Source of the DNA: an uncultured Thermoplasmata archaeon
Lineage (GTDB): Archaea; Thermoplasmatota; Thermoplasmata; UBA10834
Direction: 5' to 3'
Length of the DNA: 64,000 bases
Assembly: GCA_964568665.1 (NCBI GenBank)
Contig: CAZMPY010000005.1
Location: 196,330 to 260,329 of the forward strand
Every line of letters begins with the position of its first letter. Within the stretch, counting starts at the first letter, position 1. This document shows, in pieces, positions 57,701-64,000 of this stretch. The notes below the pieces were generated by a model. That model did not search any database. It worked only from the letters and a program-made list of their open reading frames with translations, and was not told the DNA's origin. Position numbers and translations under genes: made by a program.

Positions 57701-59000
57701 AGTCGCTCTGCATGTGGATGTTCACTCCCTCGATCGGGAGGAGTGTCACAGCATCCATTACCTCGCCAGTGACGGCGCAGTCGATAGGCCAGAGTCCGAA
57801 GTCCATCCAGAGGTCTGCCCCTGATGGCATGTCCATCTGGGAGTAATTCCTGGAATACCCTTCGGCCTCGGCCATTACGAAGACCCCGTCGCCAGAGGCG
57901 CCGAACGTCCCGAGCTCGTACGCGCCCGACGAGTCGGTCATGGCCATCGAATACCATCGCGCCCAGTCCACTCCGGACACCATCTGCAGCACGCGCGCCC
58001 CTTCGAGGGGGCTGTCGTCGGTGAGGTCGGTGACGTTCCCGCGCATCATCCCGTCGAGGACCATCAGGTTGGGGTTCCATTCGAGCATCTGCCCTTCGCT
58101 GATGTCCCAGTTCAGCTGGTAGCTGGCATAGCCTCCCTTGGCCCAAGTAATCTCGGCCGAGCCGTTGGTGATGTTCACGAAGTAGTAGCCGTCGGAGTCA
58201 GTGAATGTGTAGTTGGAGAACTCACCGTCCGTGTTCTGGGTCCTGATCGAGACGACGACCCCGCCAATCGGGGTCCCCACTCCATCGAATACCTGGCCGT
58301 ACACCATGCAGTCGTCGTTGTACGCAGCCGGCTCGAGGGTGATGTTGAACCAGTACGAGGTCATGCTGACCAACGGATCATCGGTCTCGTTGCCGGCCAT
58401 GTTGTATCCAGGCCAATCCATCAGGATGGCGCCGCCGCCACCTGCGCTTGCGATGACATCGACCTCGAAGTAGCCGCCACCGTCGGTCAGGGTCACCGCG
58501 CCGTAGAATGGCATGTCCCCGCTCATCGGGTCCATGGATATCCCGACGACCGTAGCGGTGGTGACAGGCGACCCGCCATCGTCAATCACATAGCCCATGA
58601 TGGTGACGTCGCGGGATTCCGATATCAGCGTGAGGGTGAAATCGCAGCTCACGGTCTCGCCTGGACCTACAGAGACCATCTCCATCGCGAAGTAGTAGTC
58701 CTCGTGGACGGACATGACCATCAGGTCGAACCCTCCCGGGACGCCGATCTCGTAGTAGCCGGCGGAGTCGGTGAAGTCCGATGCCAGCTCGATGCCATCA
58801 GCCAGCATCAGCATGCCCTTGACATATGCGTTCTCGATCGGATCCGAGCCATCGGTGACATACCCGTTGATGACCGCATCGGCGGGCGGTAGGTCGGCGC
58901 CGTCGGCCGCAGGGGCGTAGACCAGCAGACCTGCCATCAGGGACAGGCACAGAAACACGGACACGGTACTTTTCGTAGAGAGCTCTCTTTCTTCGGTCAA
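54798..59000 (-). CDS. Large acidic surface protein: carboxypeptidase-regulatory-like repeats, about 5 PKD domains, C-terminal TM
   Basis: Signal peptide; repeated GxVxD..PIEGAxV..TDxxGYY; PVADAG..FDGSxSxD PKD repeats; YWWLLVVVAVVVVAG anchor; TTG start after GAGGAG. Confidence 0.88.
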   Translation of the reverse strand: MTEERELSTKSTVSVFLCLSLMAGLLVYAPAADGADLPPADAVINGYVTDGSDPIENAYVKGMLMLADGIELASDFTDSAGYYEIGVPGGFDLMVMSVHEDYYFAMEMVSVGPGETVSCDFTLTLISESRDVTIMGYVIDDGGSPVTTATVVGISMDPMSGDMPFYGAVTLTDGGGYFEVDVIASAGGGGAILMDWPGYNMAGNETDDPLVSMTSYWFNITLEPAAYNDDCMVYGQVFDGVGTPIGGVVVSIRTQNTDGEFSNYTFTDSDGYYFVNITNGSAEITWAKGGYASYQLNWDISEGQMLEWNPNLMVLDGMMRGNVTDLTDDSPLEGARVLQMVSGVDWARWYSMAMTDSSGAYELGTFGASGDGVFVMAEAEGYSRNYSQMDMPSGADLWMDFGLWPIDCAVTGEVMDAVTLLPIEGVNIHMQSDSFEMYTNSAPNGSYYADMVAGTYDVSVWSMDYKYYEDTVDLTSGLLNWYNISLVPYVNSVLEGTVTNFYNGTPVEGAFVEVWGPTYESTYTDASGWYTFDLPDGDYWFQVNAPDYEMYSSSVTTPEMGTETHDVDLIPNVPPAECLLWGNTTEESGLTPVPWATIRVSILDAYYENTTMSNETGYYEMWVPNYADVRVTAWANDHMAAFDQIDTTSVTDYELQLPLASDTVGPVVDFSVDPAESVSVYNPAAMFGTVIEEDLRTLTWFTLQEYNSSASFANYTMLEHRQASTDPYGYITDSLVYSHMASDLYEVDFAWDSTVPNILTLDDGTITQALMYWETWMDGNQYYAVNGMCSNSSGDTFGQMTFNRTTGAVAYFVSNDPSPLVSTAPLDPGTFAPMAMVMVFSEASGWNPITMTNPYLEPMDVDTLTATNVGLVPSGSCKAALVAEDWAQHADYVFVNFTVDNDPPVADAGADSEAVVNTDVTVDGSGSTDNVGVVDYSWSVEDPTGDVMLYSTETIVLTPDETGDYVCDLTVTDAAGYSDTDTVVVTVVDDVPPVADAGPDQTIPEDTPVTFDGSASEDDVDIVNYTWYIESEDVELYGVSPEYTFTEPGTYQVWLTVNDTIGQASDPADVMVVTVTDTTDPIADAGADQTVSANANVTFDGTSSTDNGVIADYVWTFDDGTGEVTLTGPTPYHVFEALGECVVTLNVTDSDGNWATDTMTVTVVHTEPPVADAGEDAEITAGDTHTFDGSGSSDDVDIVDYTWTFTDVTDQELTGETPDYEFLNEGEFVVTLTVTDAEGQTDIDTVTVRVAASNEAPLADAGIDQTASAGGTVTFDGAGSTDDVEVTNYTWTFTYDGSTVTLYGAAPTFVFDVAGTYTVTLTVTDADDLSDTDTVEITVQESSKTFIENYWWLLVVVAVVVVAGVVLLTMGKGKGRTPSKVDEDEDVEDVPPAPPEDEEL

Positions 59001-59216
59001 GACGATCTCCTCACAGCAATAAGCTCTGGACGTCCTTGGGGGAAGGGCATCCCGCTCAGTCGTCGTACCGCTATGTTGGGTATATACAGTTGCCGCGGGT
59101 GCGCGCGAGCGTGCGTACGCGCGCTCATGATTCGCGATGGTGGATGATGCGATGCACATCTGGCCAGGTCAAGTCTAAATATCCTGCAGGTCCATAGTGC
59201 CCATCCGGTCAAGACC

Positions 59217-59792
59217 ATGGCGCGCAAGGGCAAACATATCCCGAGGAAGCTCCTGTCTAGCGATGAGAATGTGGTCTGGGAATCCAGGCCCAGCGGGCTG
59301 AAGTTCATGGTCAGCGCCAGCCTCGTGATGTTCATCGGGCTCGCCGCGCTGGTCGTCTACGCGCTCGATTCGTTCGCCGAGGATGTCTCCATCCCGTACC
59401 TGACGGAGCAACTTGACGGAGAGTACGGTGAGTACATCGGCTACCTGCTCCTGATGGTGTTCGTGCTGGCGCTCGTCTACTTCATAGTCAAGTGGATGAG
59501 GTGGGGAAGCACGGTGTACGCGGTCACCGACGAGAGGATCATCACGCAGAAGGGGATCCTGAGCAAGGACTACGACGACATCGAACTGCCGATGATCTCG
59601 AGCGTGGACGTCCACCAACCATTCTCGAAGAGGATGCTCGGGTACGGCACGATAAGGTTCTCGATGTCCGGGTCCGCTGGAAAGAAGGACACCGTCGTCT
59701 GGGAGTGGGTCCCCGATCCGCTCGGCGTAAGGCGGAAGGTCCAAGAGGTAATGGACATCCGCGTGAAGCCGAAGAACGACCGCGACACCTGA
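59217..59792 (+). CDS. Membrane protein with bacterial PH (bPH_2) domain
   Basis: DENVVWESRP, 2 TM, YAVTDERII.QKGIL, RMLGYGTI. Confidence 0.85.
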   Translation: MARKGKHIPRKLLSSDENVVWESRPSGLKFMVSASLVMFIGLAALVVYALDSFAEDVSIPYLTEQLDGEYGEYIGYLLLMVFVLALVYFIVKWMRWGSTVYAVTDERIITQKGILSKDYDDIELPMISSVDVHQPFSKRMLGYGTIRFSMSGSAGKKDTVVWEWVPDPLGVRRKVQEVMDIRVKPKNDRDT

Positions 59793-59884
59793 ATTGTCGG
59801 GGCAACGACCACACCCCGGACGCCTTACCATAAACGCCATTAGTGCACACTGCCATTACTGATGGTGTTCGGGAGCTGGTGGGC

Positions 59885-61768
59885 GTGGTAGCAGCAGATG
59901 TTCTGAGGCAGGGGCCAGGCAGGGCATTCATGCTCTGCAACGAAGCGATCGTGAGAGGGGCCATCGAGTCCGATGTCAAGGTCGTCGCGGCGTATCCCGG
60001 CTCTCCGACCACGGAGATCCTGGACACTTTCTCGGAGGTCTCCCCGCACTTCGATTACAGGATGGAGATATCGTCCAACGAGAAGGTGGCGCTCGAGACC
60101 TGTGCCGGGGCGTCCATGGTCGGGATGAGGTCCATCACGAGCATGAAGAGCGTCGGACTGAACGTCGCGTCCGACTCGTTCTACTCACTATCATACACGG
60201 GTGTCAAGGGAGGCATGGTGATCGCGGTCGCCGACGACCCGCAGGCACATTCGTCCCAGAGCGAGCAGGACGGGAGATGGTTCGCGCCGACCGCCTATGT
60301 CCCGATGCTCGAACCGTCGGACCCGACGGAGGCGATGCGCATGGTGAAGGCCGCGTTCGGGATCTCCGAAAGGCACGGGGTCCCGGTCCTGCTCCGCACC
60401 ACGACCAGGGTCAACCACCAGAGTGGCATCGTCGAGTTCGGGGGAATCGAGCGCAAGCCGTTCACCAAGCTGCCCTGGTCCCACGGGATGGGCAGGTTCA
60501 TCACGGTGGCCGACTCGGCCCGGGCGTTCAAGCTCGCCCTGCTTGAGAGGACCACGAAGCTAGAGGAGGAGTTCGAGCTGTCGGACCTGAACTCCGTGAT
60601 TGACACGGGCTCGGATGTTGGCATAGTGACCAGCGGGGCAGGGTACAACTACGCGGTCGATGCGGCGCGGATACTGGGCATCACGCCGTCCGTCCTGAAG
60701 CTCGGGACGACCTACCCGCTGCCCAGGAAGCTCATCGGGAAGTTCATCAGTAAGCTCAAGACGGTCATCGTGGTCGAGGAGCTCTCGCCCTACCTGGAGA
60801 CCAACTTGACCGTCATCGCCAAGGACGCGAACCCCGGCCTCCGGATAGTCGGCAAGCGGTCAGGACATTTCAGCGAGGCGTTCGAGTACAACCCGAACAT
60901 CGTCGTCCAGGGCATGGCCGAAGCGCTCGAGCTGCAGCCGCCAGTCGACTACGGCGCGGTGTTAGCGAAGGCAGACGAGCTCAAGGCTGGCCTGCCGGAC
61001 CGCCCGCCGACATTCTGCCCCGGCTGCCCGCACAGGGCGAGCCTGTGGGCGCTCAGGCAGGCGCTCAAGGGGACGAGGCACATCCTGTCCACTGACATCG
61101 GCTGCTACTCGATGAGCTTCCTCAAGCCCGTGGGGTTCGGCGACTCGTTGCTCAGCATGGGCGCGAGCCTCGGCGTCGCCGCGGGCATGCAATATGCGGC
61201 TCAGGAGAAGGTCGTCGCGATGATCGGAGACTCGACATTCTATCACGCCGGGCTGCCAGGCATGGTCAACGCGATACACCACGGGGACGACATCACGCTC
61301 GTGCTGCTCGACAACGAGGTCACCGCCATGACCGGCCAGCAGGTCAACCCTGGCTCCGACACGACCGCGGGCGGGCGCCCGGCCAAGAGGCTCGTGCTCG
61401 AGAACGTCATCCGGGGCATGGGCCTGGACGACATCACCATAGTCGACCCGTACGACGTCAAGAACGCCGTCGGACCCATGAAGGAAGCGCTGGCCAGGAA
61501 GGGCCCCAATGTCATCATATCGAGGAGGGCGTGCGCCCTGTACGCGGACCGGCTCAAGAGGAAACGCGGGGAGACGATCGGGTCCAACAGGGTCGAGAAG
61601 GAGGCCTGCAAGAAACCGTACGCGTGCATACGCCAGTTCAACTGCCCCGCGATCTCGATCGACGACGACGACCGGAAGGCGGGGATAGCGAAGGAGCTGT
61701 GCGACAAGTGCGACGTCTGCGCGAAGATATGCCCGTTCGGTTCGATCGGGCCGAGGGAGGGGGAGTGA
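59885..61768 (+). CDS. iorA: Indolepyruvate:ferredoxin oxidoreductase alpha subunit
   Basis: NEAIVRGA, YPGSPTTE, NEKVA, DDP..HSSQSEQD, RPPTFCPGCPHR, GDSTFYH, C-terminal Fe-S. Confidence 0.94.
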   Translation: MVAADVLRQGPGRAFMLCNEAIVRGAIESDVKVVAAYPGSPTTEILDTFSEVSPHFDYRMEISSNEKVALETCAGASMVGMRSITSMKSVGLNVASDSFYSLSYTGVKGGMVIAVADDPQAHSSQSEQDGRWFAPTAYVPMLEPSDPTEAMRMVKAAFGISERHGVPVLLRTTTRVNHQSGIVEFGGIERKPFTKLPWSHGMGRFITVADSARAFKLALLERTTKLEEEFELSDLNSVIDTGSDVGIVTSGAGYNYAVDAARILGITPSVLKLGTTYPLPRKLIGKFISKLKTVIVVEELSPYLETNLTVIAKDANPGLRIVGKRSGHFSEAFEYNPNIVVQGMAEALELQPPVDYGAVLAKADELKAGLPDRPPTFCPGCPHRASLWALRQALKGTRHILSTDIGCYSMSFLKPVGFGDSLLSMGASLGVAAGMQYAAQEKVVAMIGDSTFYHAGLPGMVNAIHHGDDITLVLLDNEVTAMTGQQVNPGSDTTAGGRPAKRLVLENVIRGMGLDDITIVDPYDVKNAVGPMKEALARKGPNVIISRRACALYADRLKRKRGETIGSNRVEKEACKKPYACIRQFNCPAISIDDDDRKAGIAKELCDKCDVCAKICPFGSIGPREGE

Positions 61769-61769
61769 C

Positions 61770-62414
61770 GTGACGGCGAGGGAGTTCAGCGTCTACATGA
61801 CAGGGGTCGGAGGCCAGGGGCTCGTGCTCCTGTCCAACGTCATAGGCGCCGCGTGCGCGGACGCGGGCATGCGCGCCCTGACGGGGGAGCAGCACGGGCT
61901 GTCGCAGAGGAGCGGGTCCATCAACGTGCACATGCGCATAGGCGAGGATATCAGGTCCCCGCTGATACCGGTCGGAGGGGCGGACGCGCTGCTCGCCTTA
62001 GAGGCGCTCGAGGCGCTGAGGTACGTCGAGTACCTCCGCCCGGGAGGGATCGTGCTGATGAACTCGAGGGTGCAGCACCCGGTGTCCGAGACCGAGGAGC
62101 ACATGAGGGACAAGGCCGCGAGGTACATGTCCGCCGACGATGTCAGGGCGAGGCTGCTCCAGGTGACGGACAAGGTGTCCCTGATAGACGCTCTCGGGAC
62201 CGCGCGGCGCGCCGGGAACGCCCTGACGGAGAACATCGTCATGCTCGGCGCGCTCAGCACGATCGAGGCTTTCCCCGTGCCGGAGGACGCCCTCAGACGG
62301 TCCGTGGAGGCCAACGTGCCGAAGAAGGCGGTCGAGGTCAACCTCAGGGCGTTCGATCTCGGCAAGGAGGCCACGTACTCGCACCTGTGCAATCTCGTTA
62401 AGTGCAGGAAATGA
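61770..62414 (+). CDS. iorB: Indolepyruvate:ferredoxin oxidoreductase beta subunit
   Basis: GVGGQG, HGLSQRSGS, ALEALR, NIVMLG, NLRAF. Confidence 0.94.
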   Translation: MTAREFSVYMTGVGGQGLVLLSNVIGAACADAGMRALTGEQHGLSQRSGSINVHMRIGEDIRSPLIPVGGADALLALEALEALRYVEYLRPGGIVLMNSRVQHPVSETEEHMRDKAARYMSADDVRARLLQVTDKVSLIDALGTARRAGNALTENIVMLGALSTIEAFPVPEDALRRSVEANVPKKAVEVNLRAFDLGKEATYSHLCNLVKCRK

Positions 62415-62433
62415 GTTCCGGGTACCGATCCCG

Positions 62434-63360
62434 ATGAGGAAGGCCGAGTACGTCAGGGTGGATGTCTTCACGAAGAAGCTGTTCGGCGGGAACCCGCTCG
62501 CCGTGTTCCCGCGCGCGCAGGGGCTGACCGACCGCGAGATGCAGCTGCTCGCGAGGGAGATGAACCTGTCCGAGACGACCTTCGTCCTGCCGCCGAGCCG
62601 CGGCTCGGGGGCGGACTTCAGGGTGCGCATATTCACTCCCGACGCGGAGGTCCCCTACGCCGGGCACCCGACCCTCGGGACGTTCTACGTGCTCGCGAGA
62701 CAGGGCCGGATACGGCTCAAGGGCCCCGTCACGACAGCGATGATGGAGGTGAAGGCGGGGGTCATGCCCGTGGAGATCCACTCGTCGAAGGGGAAGATCA
62801 ACAAGGTCGTGACCGTCCAGAACAGGCCCGAGTTCGGCAGGGTGTTCGACGACGTGTCTGAAGTGGCCGAGGCGGTCTCCCTCAATGAGAGCGATTTCAT
62901 GCCGGACAGGGCCCCCGTCCAGCTCGTGTCCACGGGGCTCCCATGGGTGATCGCCCCCGTGCGGTCCAGGAAGGCCGTCGAGAGGGCCTCGGGCAACACC
63001 GCGGTATTCTCCGAGTTCGTCAAGAAGCTCCCCAAGGGGGTCGTGGACATCTATGTCACCTGCCTCGACCCGGTCGAGAAGGCGTCGACCACGCACTCCA
63101 GGGCGTTCTCCCTCGTGGCGAGGAACATCATGGAGGACCCGGCCACCGGGAGCGCCAGCGGCTGCCTCGGGGCGTACCTGGTCCAGAGGAGGCTGGTGCC
63201 CCTGGCGAGGACGGTCAGGATCACGAACGAGCAGGGGTACGAGATCGAGAGGCCGAGCAAGACCTCGATCGAGGTCCGCACCGGTGAAGGCGGCGAGATA
63301 GACTCGGTCCGCGTCGGAGGGCCGGTCGTCCACGTGATGGACGGGACCGCGTACCTGTGA
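62434..63360 (+). CDS. PhzF family isomerase
   Basis: VDVFT..GGNPLAV, EMNLSETTF, RIFTP..EVPYAGHPT, EDPATGSA, EQG. Confidence 0.92.
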   Translation: MRKAEYVRVDVFTKKLFGGNPLAVFPRAQGLTDREMQLLAREMNLSETTFVLPPSRGSGADFRVRIFTPDAEVPYAGHPTLGTFYVLARQGRIRLKGPVTTAMMEVKAGVMPVEIHSSKGKINKVVTVQNRPEFGRVFDDVSEVAEAVSLNESDFMPDRAPVQLVSTGLPWVIAPVRSRKAVERASGNTAVFSEFVKKLPKGVVDIYVTCLDPVEKASTTHSRAFSLVARNIMEDPATGSASGCLGAYLVQRRLVPLARTVRITNEQGYEIERPSKTSIEVRTGEGGEIDSVRVGGPVVHVMDGTAYL

Positions 63361-63369
63361 CCGGGCGGA

Positions 63370-64000
63370 CTACTCCGCCTTCGGCAGCTCGACCTTGAAG
63401 ACCGCACCCTGCGTGTGGTCCCCCTTCACGCGGTCCTCGACCCAGACCCTGCCATGGTACCGCTGGACCAGCATGCGCACGATGCTGAGCCCGAGGCCGG
63501 AGCCCTTCTTCCGCGAGCCCTGCGCGAACCTCTCGAAGATCCTCCCCTTGAGATCGTCGGGCACGCCGTGGCCGCGGTCGGCGAAGGAGACCACCCATGA
63601 TGGCCTCGCCCCGTCGGTCGCCTCCACCACGGAGACGTCGACCTCTACCGGCTCGTGCGGATCGTACTTGACCGCGTTCGTCAGTATGTTCACGAACAGC
63701 TCCCTGAGGAGCTCGTCCGCGAGCGTGTACGCCCTCGCGGGCCAGGCATCGTGCCTGACCACGACCGCCCTGGACATGAAATAGTGCGGGACGCTCCTAA
63801 GACAGTCCTCAAGGACGGGCCCGAGGTCCGCCCGGGTCAGCTTGACATCCCCCCATGTCAGCCGGGACATGATCCTGACCGACGATGCGAGCATGCTGAT
63901 GCCCATCACCTGGTCCGTGAGCTTGGAGATCATCGCGGCCTGATCCGGCCTCACGAGAGTGGTCCTGAGCAAGTCGAGGTAGCCCATGATGGCCTGGTTG
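63370..64000 (-). CDS. Sensor histidine kinase, C-terminal part (runs off the window)
   Basis: NQAIMGYL, NILTNAVKY, DRGHG, GSGLGL. Confidence 0.9.
   Translation of the reverse strand, partial: NQAIMGYLDLLRTTLVRPDQAAMISKLTDQVMGISMLASSVRIMSRLTWGDVKLTRADLGPVLEDCLRSVPHYFMSRAVVVRHDAWPARAYTLADELLRELFVNILTNAVKYDPHEPVEVDVSVVEATDGARPSWVVSFADRGHGVPDDLKGRIFERFAQGSRKKGSGLGLSIVRMLVQRYHGRVWVEDRVKGDHTQGAVFKVELPKAE

Overview
GC-rich, gene-dense archaeal chromosome segment, most consistent with a Thermoplasmata (Thermoplasmatota) lineage; the lineage call is inferred from the DUF835 protein, the stand-alone 5S gene and the PKD surface proteins. Housekeeping content: rpl44e-rps27e-aIF2alpha-nop10-PAC2 operon, ipk-fni-GGPP synthase operon, pyrBI, metG, ABCE1, pelota, alba, radB, dph6, arcS, bud32-rdgB, iorAB, kamA, larEB, a Co/Ni ECF transporter, tRNA-Tyr(GTA) with an intron and tRNA-Pro(TGG). 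No mobile element or CRISPR array was seen. Top finding: the 5S rRNA gene (20641-20857, minus) appears to carry a structured ~97-nt insertion in the 3' strand of helix V, and removing it leaves a canonical 120-nt 5S. Other leads: genes that appear to need non-canonical starts (two CTG starts; rdgB via ATA or a -1 frameshift out of bud32); a TusA/DsrE2/DsrHEF sulfur-relay operon with a duplicated 16-bp operator and a divergent Cys-bearing regulator; an unannotated 28-aa acidic peptide gene; a multi-TM DUF835 protein with an 8-Cys insert; a giant FG-GAP/PKD protein with a Roadblock/longin-like cytoplasmic tail; and a shortened AOR-like protein. All calls were made by eye from motifs; no searches or folding programs were run.
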